NCBI GenBank assembly: GCA_965238275.1
Contig: OZ250186.1
Span: 800,001 to 864,000, forward strand
DNA length: 64,000 bases
DNA from: Nitrosopumilus sp.
GTDB taxonomy: Archaea; Thermoproteota; Nitrososphaeria; Nitrososphaerales; Nitrosopumilaceae
Direction: 5' to 3'
The position numbers and the translations under genes are program-made. The notes below the pieces were generated by a model. That model searched no databases, was not told where the DNA came from, and saw only the letters and a program-made list of their open reading frames with translations. Positions 10,643 to 20,518 of this stretch are shown here, piece after piece; within the stretch, counting starts at the first letter, position 1; the number at the start of each line of letters is the position of its first letter.

Positions 10643-11897
10643 TACCAGCAATGAAAAATTCATATCAAAATCGCTCATAAATTTTTGATGCAACAGCCGT
10701 CTCTGGAAATTACGAGGTGCGTTGAATTCCCAAATGACGAGAAAAGACGCCCCGAACATTAGACATTGCATGCTCTGGTGCGCCGTGCATGGCACACGCT
10801 AGGCGGCGTGGATCCGGTGCGGTTTGATGTCGTTCTAGATGGCCCTGTACAGAAAGTTTTCAACGACCAGATTCGGTTTTTTGTACCTCGTGTACCTGGT
10901 GATCGCCTCGCGGAGCATGCTCAGGCTGGTGTACGGCACGTCAAGCACTGCCCGCTTGAGATCCCTCCAGTACGTCTCTATGGCGCTCAGGTCCGGGGTC
11001 GCAGTTGGCAGGAAGACTATCTCCAGGCCGTCTGTGCCATCAAGCAGTTTGCGTATGTTTGATGCCCTGTGCTGGGAGGCCTTGTCCATGATCAGGCAGA
11101 TCTTCTTGAACCTGTACATCGCCTGCCTTAGAAAGTCCTCAAAGGTGTCCTTGGTAAACGCATCGTACTGCCGGAACATGCCCCTGCCGTCCGTGGTGAT
11201 TAGTCCATGGATTATCGTCTTGGAGTGTGAGCCGGTGTACGTGAAAAACGCCCGTATTCCCTTCCTGGTGTAGCCGCGTCTTCGCGGCCGCGCATCGGAG
11301 ATTACTATGGACTCGTCCTGTATCGCTACGACTGTTCCTTCACTGTTCTTTTTTTTATAAGCTCTGGCATCTCTTTTTGGAATTTCCTGATCTCCTCGTC
11401 AGGTGCCCTTCTTGCATGTTTTCCTACGGGAACCTTCTGGGAATAGCCCCACCCGCGCAGTATCTGGCGCACATATCCGAGTTCGTACCTTACTCCGGTC
11501 TTCTGTTGGATGTATTGCTGCATCTCCATGCCCGTCCAGACAGGTTTCCTGCATGCGGCCTTTCTGATCTTCTTCATGTCTGCCTTGCTCGCCTTGGTCG
11601 GCCTGCCGGAACGCGGCATGTTTCCCAGCCTGTCAAATCCGACTTCCAGGTAGCGCTCGTGCCACTTGTAGCCCCACGAGGCTGACTTTCCCAGGGATTT
11701 TGCAGAATCCCTCATGGTTATCCCGTCACGTTTGACTCTGATGATCAGCATCATGCGGTCCTTGGTATCGCAGTCTGTCTCAGCGGCGTATCTTTTCAAC
11801 ATCGTCTTGATCTTCATTGACTATGCTACGTGAAATAAGCATAATTTCACATGGAGTTAAAATATTTTACAATCACATCAATTTTTCATCTTTGGTA
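10643..11897 (-). mobile_element. IS630-family element
   Basis: Imperfect TIRs TACCAGCAATGAAAAAT / ATTTTTCATCTTTGGTA, flanked by TA at 10641-10642 and 11898-11899. Confidence 0.9.
10835..11817 (-). CDS. IS630 transposase, two frames joined by a probable -1 frameshift
   Basis: OrfA has HTH and wHTH domains (PRSGRP). An A8 run at 11349-11356 shifts into KNSEGTVVAIQDES...IMDKASQH...PDLSAIETYW (DDE). Confidence 0.88.
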
Positions 11898-11904
11898 TAC
11901 ATGT

Positions 11905-11951
11905 TCAGGCCGCCTCCAAAACTAGGAATGATTACTTGCATGATTCATGTC
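11905..11951. repeat. Dispersed 47-bp intergenic repeat, copy 1
   Basis: 40/47 identical, ungapped, to 24620-24666. Confidence 0.75.
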
Positions 11952-12010
11952 TATATGGATTCCAGCCCTGCGAACATACATGTTCCTTCCGTATAGGGAA
12001 ATGTCTGCCC

Positions 12011-12400
12011 TTAGGCACTGCTGGGCATGTCCGGTTTCTGGACTGCATACCTTGACTGCCTCTTGAGGTTGGTTGCCAGCTCCTTGAAGATCTCATTCAC
12101 ACTGACATCAACCAGATTGATTGTGGCGTTCTCCTTTACGATCTGTTTTTCAAACTTTTCCTTTATTGCAAATGAGACAGACGACCAGTGCAGGATTCCC
12201 TTCAACTGTTCATCGATCGTTGCGTTCGTGGTGGGAAAGTTTGCCGACGAAAAGACGATTCCGTTTGTCCACTGCATTGTCGGGATTCCGCCTCCGGATG
12301 TACGCGTACTGAATGCTATCTGTTTTACCCAGTCGTCGAACTTGTATTCTATTACCTCGTGAATGATAAGCTTCTTCCACGGCTCAATGGATATGTCCAT
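12011..12400 (-). CDS. Conserved archaeal hypothetical protein
   Basis: MDISIEPWKKLIIHEV...MQWTNGIVF. Start placed at ATG 12400. Confidence 0.7.
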   Translation of the reverse strand: MDISIEPWKKLIIHEVIEYKFDDWVKQIAFSTRTSGGGIPTMQWTNGIVFSSANFPTTNATIDEQLKGILHWSSVSFAIKEKFEKQIVKENATINLVDVSVNEIFKELATNLKRQSRYAVQKPDMPSSA

Positions 12401-12576
12401 CCATCTTACTTGGTTTATGCACGTTATAACCTTGTTTACCCGAACACCTGCACGCACTACAGTCCGGCGCCGTACAATGCCGGACATGGCGTGCACGATT
12501 TCACCAATCCTGGCATGACCCGGAGATGTTCTATCCGTCGTGTTTATTTACCGGTTGCTATCCATTATTTTTTGAA

Positions 12577-12906
12577 ATGGAGAAATGGGCAGACTATCTG
12601 ATCTCTCAGGTCCAGTACGATGCTGATCACCTGATCTCCTTTGTCATGTGTCATGAGGACGTAGGCCAGACGCTTACTGACGGGGCACTTGTCGATAGAA
12701 TGACGCTGTCCTCTGAACTCAAGAAGAACCGCAGGTACGCCACCGTATATGACTGGGGAAAGTCCTGGAAGGTTGGACACCGGATCCGGTTGCACAAGGT
12801 TGGCGGCTTACCATACATACGAATCGATGACAACCAGGTCAATCTGGACCACTTGGGGGATCTGCCGGAAGTATCTGCACCCATGTTGGAAAACTCCTCA
12901 GAGTAG
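12577..12906 (+). CDS. DUF3892-like protein
   Basis: WADYLISQVQY...YIRIDDNQVNLDHLGDLPE C-terminal signature. Confidence 0.7.
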   Translation: MEKWADYLISQVQYDADHLISFVMCHEDVGQTLTDGALVDRMTLSSELKKNRRYATVYDWGKSWKVGHRIRLHKVGGLPYIRIDDNQVNLDHLGDLPEVSAPMLENSSE

Positions 12907-13027
12907 ATCCATCCACGACTGATTTTCACTGTAGATTCATGATGAACACACGCGAATATGCTGCCGGCAGACTATCCCCGGCATTTCTGACTGCCGAACC
13001 AGGATGCATGTGAGATGCACGTTCGGG

Positions 13028-13870
13028 TTAGCACATTACCCATGCCTGGTTGAATTTCTTTATGGCTTCCTGATACGCCGTTATCGAGTCGTTGCCTGAC
13101 GTCTTGAGGAATTTTTCCCACTGTTCGTTGAATTTGTTTATCGTCTTGATGTTGGTATTCACAAAGATGTTCTCAATCATGCTTGTCTGCTGCCTTATGT
13201 ATGTCGGACCGATTACTTCCCATGTATTCTGCCAGCTTGCACTGACCCTCTTTAACGCCTCTGCATCCGTCTCCAATGCCCTCTGGCAGGCGGTACGGTA
13301 AGTAACTAGGGTTTTATTTGTAGTGTCATACCACCATGCAAGAGCATCCTTCCAGTTGTCCAGAGCATGATTGTACTCTTCCCACGCCTCCTCAAACTCG
13401 GTTCTGACCTCCTCTTTTATTCTGGCCGGCTTCCCTGCAGGCTTCTGACTAGTTGCAGGCTTTACCTTGGCAGGCTTCTGACTAGTTGCAGGCTTTACCT
13501 TGGCAGGCTTCTGACTAGTTGCAGGCTTTACCTTGGCAGGCTTCTGACTAGTTGCAGGCTTTACCTTGGCAGCTTCCCTGATGGTCTTCTGTGGTGCACT
13601 GGCCGGCTTCCCTGCAGGCTTCTGACTAGTTGCAGGCTTTACCTTGGCAGCTTCCCTGATAGCCTTCTGTGGTGCACTGGCCGGCTTCTGACTAGTTGCA
13701 GGCTTTACCTTGGCAGCTTCCCTGATGGTCTTCTGTGGTGCACTGGCAGCTTCCCTGATGGGTTTCTGTGTGCCTGAGGATTCTGCCTTGCTGCTGCTGC
13801 TGCTGCTGCTGCTGACTGTAGCATTCCTCCTGGATTCAACTGTAAAACTCCTCTTCTTCTTCCTAGCCAT
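13028..13870 (-). CDS. Lys/Pro/Ala-repeat (histone H1-like) protein with Trp-rich helical C-terminal domain
   Basis: MARKKKR start, poly-Ser, six KVKPATSQKPA units, then an amphipathic helical domain. Confidence 0.75.
   Translation of the reverse strand: MARKKKRSFTVESRRNATVSSSSSSSSKAESSGTQKPIREAASAPQKTIREAAKVKPATSQKPASAPQKAIREAAKVKPATSQKPAGKPASAPQKTIREAAKVKPATSQKPAKVKPATSQKPAKVKPATSQKPAKVKPATSQKPAGKPARIKEEVRTEFEEAWEEYNHALDNWKDALAWWYDTTNKTLVTYRTACQRALETDAEALKRVSASWQNTWEVIGPTYIRQQTSMIENIFVNTNIKTINKFNEQWEKFLKTSGNDSITAYQEAIKKFNQAWVMC
13424..13760. repeat. Intragenic 33-bp-based repeats
   Basis: Repeated GGCTTCTGACTAGTTGCAGGCTTTACCTTGGCA units, interspersed with units encoding APQKxIREAA. Confidence 0.9.
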
Positions 13871-13884
13871 GCAAAACCCCAAAT

Positions 13885-14076
13885 TCAGTCATTGTTAAAC
13901 CTTTCAATTGTATTCTCATGGCGCCTATCTGATGCCCTTATAAAATTCGATGCATGCTTGACATCCTTGTCCATGAACAACGCATAGTGTTTTTTGCACA
14001 GGTTTCTCTTCTCCCTGAACCCAATCCCCACTGTTTTGACTGCCTTGGACTTGCACTCTGATATGCTGCATTGCAA
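13885..14076 (-). CDS. Small zinc-binding protein
   Basis: CSISEC...LCKKHY pattern. Probable TTG start at 14076. Confidence 0.55.
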   Translation of the reverse strand: MQCSISECKSKAVKTVGIGFREKRNLCKKHYALFMDKDVKHASNFIRASDRRHENTIERFNND

Positions 14077-14200
14077 TATGACAGATCGCGCAGATTCACT
14101 AATAAAACTTTGAAACCGTCCCCATACCGGTCCCGAAGGACATTTCAAATGAAACCCCGCTTATCCATTATCCTGTCTGCAAGACCGGTCCGCCTGTTCC

Positions 14201-15130
14201 CTACAGCGCAGAGTCTACCATCAGCGCGATAAACAGCACTGCCAGATACGGGCTGGAAAACTTGAACAGGGTCCATGAGGCCCTCTCCATGGGCTTTGCG
14301 ATCACCCATGCTGACAGGATTATCATCAGTCCGCCTGACGCTATGGCAGTCCAGAGGTATACGCTACCCACCATCGCCTCACCGTCCCCCGTGGTTATGA
14401 AGAACGGGGCAATCGAGAACAGCACCATCACCACAGTAGAGCCTGCAATAGCCCTTGCCGATGTCTTCTCAGACTGCACTGCAGTCAGCATCGGGACGTT
14501 GACCTTGTTGTAGTCCTCCTTGAAGTGCAGCGTAAGGGCCCATATGTGCATCGGAATCCAGATGAATACCAGTCCTGCCATTGCCAGCCCCATCGTCCAC
14601 AAATCCGACGTTGTTACTGCCACCCATCCTATCATGGGAGGCGATCCGCCGCACAGTCCACCCAGAATGATGTTGGTTCTGGAGTTTCGCTTCAGGACGT
14701 ACGAGTAGACAAGTACGTTGTTTAGCAGTCCAAATGCAATGAATGCAGCAGCCCAGGCACCCTGTTCTACGGTTGTGGTAAGCGATATTGCAAGGGCCAA
14801 AACCATGGATATTGCAGCTAGCGCGAGTCCGAAGTTTCTTGCCTTGACTGCCGGATAGATTCTCTTTGAGGGCAGCGGCCTCTTCTTTGTTCTCTCCATG
14901 ATTGCATCAATGTCCCTGTCGTGATAGTTTGTCAGGGTGTTTGCCGCCGCCGATCCGGCAGCCACAGAAAAGAGCATCAGCGCCCATGTGGCAGGAGATA
15001 TTTCAATCTGGTATATGTTGGATGCAGTAAGGGCCGCACCAAATGCGGTAAACACCAGCAGGTACCATATCTTGGGCTTTGTGAGTTCATAGTATACTGC
15101 GATCCTTGATTCTGTTCTTTGCCTCTGCAA
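14201..15130 (-). CDS. cyoE: Protoheme IX farnesyltransferase (heme o synthase)
   Basis: LTKPKI, DRDIDAIMERTKKRPLP, PPMIGW, HIWAL, DY..VNVPML. Confidence 0.95.
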   Translation of the reverse strand: MQRQRTESRIAVYYELTKPKIWYLLVFTAFGAALTASNIYQIEISPATWALMLFSVAAGSAAANTLTNYHDRDIDAIMERTKKRPLPSKRIYPAVKARNFGLALAAISMVLALAISLTTTVEQGAWAAAFIAFGLLNNVLVYSYVLKRNSRTNIILGGLCGGSPPMIGWVAVTTSDLWTMGLAMAGLVFIWIPMHIWALTLHFKEDYNKVNVPMLTAVQSEKTSARAIAGSTVVMVLFSIAPFFITTGDGEAMVGSVYLWTAIASGGLMIILSAWVIAKPMERASWTLFKFSSPYLAVLFIALMVDSAL

Positions 15131-15132
15131 CG

Positions 15133-15600
15133 CTAATCCCTTCTGCTTGAGGGCATATATGGCATTACCTTTCCGTGCGCCTTCATCTCAATGAACGACT
15201 CTGAGGACCGGATCCCCTCTATCCTGCCGACTCCCTCTGAGACTCTCTTGTGCATCTGTTCCAGTGATGTGGAATACATGGTTACCAGTATGTCAAACCT
15301 CCCTGTCACCTCTGCTATCTCCCTGACCCCGTCAATCTTGAACAGCTCCTCGATTATGTGATCCCGCATCTTTGTATCAATGTTTATTCCGACCAGGGCC
15401 TTTACGCCGTATCCAAGCTCCTGATCATTTACCACTATTGTAAACCTCTCTATCAGCTTCTTTCTGACCATTCTCTTGATTCTCGAGTACACCACTGATG
15501 CGTTGACGTTGATCTTTTTTGACAGGCGCGGAATCGACATCGAGGCGTCATTGGAGAGTTCAGAGAGAATGAGAAGATCCAAATCATCTATCCTTGCCAT
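15133..15600 (-). CDS. Lrp/AsnC-family transcriptional regulator
   Basis: IDDLDLLILSEL..DA HTH, RIKRM, VTGRFDIL. Confidence 0.92.
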   Translation of the reverse strand: MARIDDLDLLILSELSNDASMSIPRLSKKINVNASVVYSRIKRMVRKKLIERFTIVVNDQELGYGVKALVGINIDTKMRDHIIEELFKIDGVREIAEVTGRFDILVTMYSTSLEQMHKRVSEGVGRIEGIRSSESFIEMKAHGKVMPYMPSSRRD

Positions 15601-15657
15601 CCAAAACACCAGCTCTAGTATACGTTTACAGTTCTTATAAAGCTATTATTGCAAAAA

Positions 15658-16749
15658 TTACAATAAAACCGATTTAATCTTACCTTTCTTGTAGAGCATC
15701 TCTGCAAGCAGAACCGCGCCCTTTGCAGAACCCATCTTTTTGTTGTGTGAGAACAGCATGTACTTGATGCCGTGCTCAAAGAGCTCCTCCTTTTCGACAC
15801 GCCCTATGGTGGTTGTCATGCCGCCACCTACGGTCCTTTCCATTCTTGGCTGGGGCCTGGTGGGATCCTCGTGAAACGCATAGTAGTCCTTTGGCGCCGA
15901 AGGCAGGCCTGCCACCGTAATGGTCTGGTTGCAGGAATCGTACATCTCCTTTGCCATGCCAGGATCTATGTCCTCGCGCGTCTCCACAAAGACGGATTCG
16001 GTATGGCCGTCAATTACTGGAACCCTTGTGCATCTGCAGCTTATCCTGATGTCGGCGTCCTCTATCCTGCCGTCTGCAAGACTTCCAAGAATCTTTCTAG
16101 TCTCGGTCTTTACCTTCTCCTCCTCCTTGGGTATGAACGGCAGTATGTTGTCTGTGATGCCCATTGCAGATACGCCGGTCTTTCCGCCGCCGGAGATTGC
16201 CTGCATTGAGGTCATCAGGACCTTCTTTACGCCATACTTGTCCAGAAGCGGCTTGAGCGTGATTGCAAGACCCGTCGTGGTACAGTTGGGCAGCGGTGCC
16301 ACCCAGCCCTTCCAGTTGCGGTTCTTCTTTTGCGCCTCAAGCAGCTCGGCATGCTCGTCGTTCACGCCGGGAATGAGAATCGGAACGTCGTCTTCGTACC
16401 TGTATGCAGAACTAGTCGAGATTACAGGCAAATGCTCTGCCATGGCAGTCTCTATGTCCCTTGCAGCCACGGATTCGACTGCAGAGAAGACCAGATCCAG
16501 CTGGGATGTGTCAAGCTCTTGAATCCGCCTGACCTTCATGGACTTGATGTACTTGGGGATCTCCCCGCCAACATCCCATGCTATGATTCCGCTCGAATCC
16601 CTTATGGCATCCAGATAGTTCTTGCCAGCCGATCGCTCGGATGCTGCAATCTGGGTCACCTCGAACCACGGATGGCCATCCAGCGACTGGACAAACTCCT
16701 GCCCGACGGCTCCGGTAACACCGATGATTGCCGTCTTGATCTTTTGCAT
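15658..16749 (-). CDS. asd: Aspartate-semialdehyde dehydrogenase
   Basis: GVTGAVGQ, ASERSAGK, PNCTT, QAISGGG, RVPVIDGH. Confidence 0.95.
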   Translation of the reverse strand: MQKIKTAIIGVTGAVGQEFVQSLDGHPWFEVTQIAASERSAGKNYLDAIRDSSGIIAWDVGGEIPKYIKSMKVRRIQELDTSQLDLVFSAVESVAARDIETAMAEHLPVISTSSAYRYEDDVPILIPGVNDEHAELLEAQKKNRNWKGWVAPLPNCTTTGLAITLKPLLDKYGVKKVLMTSMQAISGGGKTGVSAMGITDNILPFIPKEEEKVKTETRKILGSLADGRIEDADIRISCRCTRVPVIDGHTESVFVETREDIDPGMAKEMYDSCNQTITVAGLPSAPKDYYAFHEDPTRPQPRMERTVGGGMTTTIGRVEKEELFEHGIKYMLFSHNKKMGSAKGAVLLAEMLYKKGKIKSVLL

Positions 16750-16916
16750 GTTCCGGGTTGGTTCTGTTCAATTAATAATCGTTTTCTGTTGTCTCAAACC
16801 ATCCGGGTGGCGGTTCATGTTCGGCCTGCAGATTCAAGCGAACAGCACCATCCTTTGCAGACTGCAGACTCCGTAATTACCAAAACATACTATATCAGCA
16901 GGCACCATCCAAAACC

Positions 16917-17996
16917 ATGAATGTGGATCCCCGGCCTTCCATTCTCGGATACACCCCTGCCCTGCACGGCGGCAGATACTCCATAGAGGGAACCGATCAC
17001 ACCACGATAGATTTTAGCTCAAATATCACCCCCCTGGGGACTCCGCAGTCAGTCAGGGCAGCCATCAAAAGGAACATCGACAGCATAGCAGAGTATCCTG
17101 ATCCGGGCTCGTCTGCCCTGCTGTCTGATCTTGAGGGGTATACCGGCCTGCCTGCAGCCAACCTGGTTGCAGGAAACGGGGCAGTCGAGATAATCCACAA
17201 CTTTTGCCATGCGTTCCTCTCGAGGAAGATGCGCGTCCTGATGCCTGTTCCAACATTCTCAGAGTACGAGGCCGCATCACTCCTGTACAATGCCCGCCCC
17301 TCCTACTTTGAGACCATGAACCTCTCTGACTCCATGGATGGTTTCCTTGCCCGTATTCCCGATGGCGGATGCGTCTTTTTGTGCAACCCAAACAATCCCA
17401 CAGGGGAACTGCTCTCAAAAAACGACGTACTGTCAGTGGCAAGGCGTGCACAGGAGGCATCCTCTGTGGTGCTGGTGGACGAGTGCTTTATCGAGATGGT
17501 CGGGTCTGACGAATCCGTCATGGGGCACGTCCAAAGACATGAAAACCTGATGGTACTACGCTCCCTGACAAAATCCTTTGGCATGCCTGGGATCCGAATC
17601 GGGTATGCTGCTGCCCCCGTAGGGATGGCCAAAACCCTGCGGCGTCTCCAGGTACCGTGGAGCGTCAACTCGCTTGCACAGGCTGCCGCGCGTGCAGCGC
17701 TTGCAGACACGTCGCACCTGGCCAGGTCCAGGAAGATCATCCAAAGGGAGTCCAGATACCTGAGGCAGAGGATATCAAAAATCAGGGATCTTGAGTGTCT
17801 TGAGTCGTCTGCAAACTTTATCCTGATCAGAACTGCACGCGACTCCCGTGTGCTGCAAAAGATGCTGCTTGCCCGGGGGATTCTGGTACGCGACTGCAGC
17901 AGCTTCCGGGGGATGGGCTCCCACCACATACGGATCGCCGTGCGATCCCACGCAGACAACCAGAAGCTGGTCGGTGCGCTGGAGGCAGTATCATGA
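16917..17996 (+). CDS. cobD: L-threonine-O-3-phosphate decarboxylase (CobD-type PLP enzyme)
   Basis: HGG, DFSSNITP, GNGA, CNPNNPTG, DECF, RSLTKSFGMPGIRIGY. First gene of the cob operon. Confidence 0.85.
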   Translation: MNVDPRPSILGYTPALHGGRYSIEGTDHTTIDFSSNITPLGTPQSVRAAIKRNIDSIAEYPDPGSSALLSDLEGYTGLPAANLVAGNGAVEIIHNFCHAFLSRKMRVLMPVPTFSEYEAASLLYNARPSYFETMNLSDSMDGFLARIPDGGCVFLCNPNNPTGELLSKNDVLSVARRAQEASSVVLVDECFIEMVGSDESVMGHVQRHENLMVLRSLTKSFGMPGIRIGYAAAPVGMAKTLRRLQVPWSVNSLAQAAARAALADTSHLARSRKIIQRESRYLRQRISKIRDLECLESSANFILIRTARDSRVLQKMLLARGILVRDCSSFRGMGSHHIRIAVRSHADNQKLVGALEAVS

Positions 17997-18832
17997 GATC
18001 CCTGATGGTTCAGGGGACGTCCTCAGGCGCAGGCAAGACCACGCTGGTTGCCGCATTCTGCAGGATATTTTCGGATGTGGGGTACAGGGTCGCCCCGTTC
18101 AAGTCCCAGAACATGTCATGTCTTTCATACCGCGCCCCCGACTTTGAGATATCACGCGCGCAGGCCATACAGGCAGTGGCTGCAAGGTGCCCGATTACTG
18201 CTGATCTCAATCCGATCCTGCTCAAGCCCGACGGGGATCAGTCCAGCATGGTATACCTCAACGGCAGGCCCTACAGCAGGATGAATGCACAGGAATACTA
18301 CCACACCTTTGTAAACTCAGAAGGGGTCAGAGCCGCCTCTGCCTCGCTTGCAAGGCTGCAAAGGGAGTTTGATCTGGTGGTGCTGGAGGGTGCAGGCTCC
18401 CCTGCAGAGATCAACCTGCAGAGGTTTGACATTGCCAACATGCGCATGGCATGCAAGGCAAAGGCATGCGTCCTGCTGGTCTCTGATATTGACAGGGGCG
18501 GCTCCTTTGCAAGCCTGGCCGGAACAATGGCCCTGATGAGCCCAAGGCACCGGAGCCTGGTACAAGGCTACATACTCAACAAGTTCAGGGGGGATGTTGG
18601 TGTCCTCAAACCCGGATTCCAAAAGATCAAAAGGATTACCGGGGTGCCGGTAGTCGGCACCGTCCCGCTTGTCCGGCTGAATCTGCCAGAAGAGGACTCG
18701 CTGGATTCGAACCCTGAGGAGTTTGCCTGGGATGATGCAGGCATTAGTCAGCTTGATGCAGAACTGGACAGACTGGCCGGAATAGTAAAGGAACATGTGG
18801 ATCTTGCACGAATCAAGAGGATGATACTGTGA
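17993..18832 (+). CDS. cobQ: Cobyric acid synthase, synthetase domain only
   Basis: QGTSSGAGKT, PFKSQNM, EGAGSPAEINL, DIDRGG, NKFRGD, PEEDS. No glutaminase domain. Confidence 0.9.
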   Translation: MRSLMVQGTSSGAGKTTLVAAFCRIFSDVGYRVAPFKSQNMSCLSYRAPDFEISRAQAIQAVAARCPITADLNPILLKPDGDQSSMVYLNGRPYSRMNAQEYYHTFVNSEGVRAASASLARLQREFDLVVLEGAGSPAEINLQRFDIANMRMACKAKACVLLVSDIDRGGSFASLAGTMALMSPRHRSLVQGYILNKFRGDVGVLKPGFQKIKRITGVPVVGTVPLVRLNLPEEDSLDSNPEEFAWDDAGISQLDAELDRLAGIVKEHVDLARIKRMIL

Positions 18833-19800
18833 TGTTTGAGCCGCTCCTTGTCATGGCAGCTGCCCTTGCAATAGACGCGGCCCTTGGCGATCCCGGAAAC
18901 AGGTACCACCCCACCGCCTGGATGGGGGGAATGATTGCAGCCATCACCGTCCGGGCGCGGAACATTCCTGGCAGGTTCGGCGGCGTTGCAGTGGTGGTGC
19001 CTGCAGCAGCTGCCGTGGCAGCATCCGTAACGATAATCCTGTACCTGTTTGATGCAGGCGCATCCGTACTTCCAGAATACCTGCAGGTTGCCGCATCCGT
19101 ACTGTTTGGCGGGCTCCTTCTCAAGACGACCCTTGCAGTAAGGGGCATGAAGAGGCATGCCGAGGCGGTGGTCGCATCCCTTGACCGGGACGACATTGGA
19201 GCTGCCAGGGTCGGCCTGTCTGCGATAGTCAAGAGGGACACCCGGAACCTGAACAAAAGGCACATCATATCCGGCGTGCTTGAGAGCATCAGCGAGAACA
19301 CAGTCGACGGAATTACAGGGCCGCTGTTCTACTATGCCATATTCGGACTGCCCGGCGCCTTTGTGTACCGTGTCATCAACACTGCTGATTCCATGATTGG
19401 ATACAGGACCCGCATGTTCCGGGACGTGGGATGGTTTGCAGCACGGTGCGACACAATTCTCAACTATGCCCCGTCCCGCCTCACCGGGCTGGTCATGGTG
19501 GTCTCTGCGGCCATGTTGCGTTACGACTGGAGGGGATCCTACTCCACCATGATGCGCGACGGCGCAAAGACTGCAAGCTCCAACGCCGGATACCCGATGG
19601 CGGCCCTTGCAGGCGCCCTCGGGACTCAGTTTGAAAAGATTGGCCACTACAGTCTGGGAAGCGGGGGCACACACCTGACAAGGGAGCATGTGCAGGCTGC
19701 AGTGTCCATAATGAGGCTCACATCCGTCCTATTTGTTATAGTGGTGTCTGCCCCGATCACTACGGCCCTCTTCCTTGCAGGATGGTGGATTCATGCTTAG
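18829..19800 (+). CDS. cbiB: Adenosylcobinamide-phosphate synthase
   Basis: GDP..YHP, ESISENTVDG, YRVINTADSMIGY, SSNAGYPMAALAGAL. Confidence 0.92.
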   Translation: MMFEPLLVMAAALAIDAALGDPGNRYHPTAWMGGMIAAITVRARNIPGRFGGVAVVVPAAAAVAASVTIILYLFDAGASVLPEYLQVAASVLFGGLLLKTTLAVRGMKRHAEAVVASLDRDDIGAARVGLSAIVKRDTRNLNKRHIISGVLESISENTVDGITGPLFYYAIFGLPGAFVYRVINTADSMIGYRTRMFRDVGWFAARCDTILNYAPSRLTGLVMVVSAAMLRYDWRGSYSTMMRDGAKTASSNAGYPMAALAGALGTQFEKIGHYSLGSGGTHLTREHVQAAVSIMRLTSVLFVIVVSAPITTALFLAGWWIHA

Positions 19801-20518
19801 GGGGGCAGGCTCGGTCATCTCGTTTCTGACCATCCTCCCGTCGTCCGGTGGCCGTCTCGAGGAGACTGCAAGGCACATGTACCTTTTTCCCGCAGTCGGG
19901 ATCCTCATCGGGGTGCTTGCCGGCTCCCTGGCATTCGGGCTGTCATTGTTTCTGGATCCGCTGCTTGTCGGGGTTCTTGTTGCAGCGTTTCTTGCAATAA
20001 TCACCGGAATCCACCACACAGACGGCCTGGCAGATTTTGCCGACGGCCTCATGGCAAAAGGCGACAGGGAGCACAGGCTTGCGGCCATGAAGGACGTCTC
20101 GACTGGCTCTGCTGGAACAGTCAGCGTTGTACTGTACATGGCAGGCCTGATAGCGGCTGTATCCCTTGCCGACGGCCTTGACCTGCTCCGGGCAGTCCTG
20201 ATAAGCGAGATACTGGCCAAGTTCTCGATGGTACTGATGGCAGGCATTGGCAGTTCTGCGGCATCCGGCTCAAACTCGCCGTTTCTCCTTGCCATGAAGG
20301 ACAAGAGGAGGCTTGCAGCCGCGTTTGCAATCATGCTGGTGCCGGTGATGCTGCTGGGCGGAATCGAGGGACTGCTGATGCTTGGCATTGCCATTGCAGT
20401 GACGCTGTTCCTTCTGGCAGTCTCCACTAGGATCTTTGGCGGGATTACCGGGGACGTCCTTGGTGCCTCCAACGAGCTGACAAGGCTGTCGTGCATGGTG
20501 GTGTTTGTATCGGTATGA
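19793..20518 (+). CDS. cobS: Adenosylcobinamide-GDP ribazoletransferase
   Basis: SFLTILP, HHTDGLADFADG, MKD, GGITGDVLGA. Confidence 0.93.
   Translation: MLRGAGSVISFLTILPSSGGRLEETARHMYLFPAVGILIGVLAGSLAFGLSLFLDPLLVGVLVAAFLAIITGIHHTDGLADFADGLMAKGDREHRLAAMKDVSTGSAGTVSVVLYMAGLIAAVSLADGLDLLRAVLISEILAKFSMVLMAGIGSSAASGSNSPFLLAMKDKRRLAAAFAIMLVPVMLLGGIEGLLMLGIAIAVTLFLLAVSTRIFGGITGDVLGASNELTRLSCMVVFVSV

Noticed and set aside
16750-16916. Cobalamin riboswitch before the cob operon
   Set aside because: No B12-box or conserved core was recognisable.
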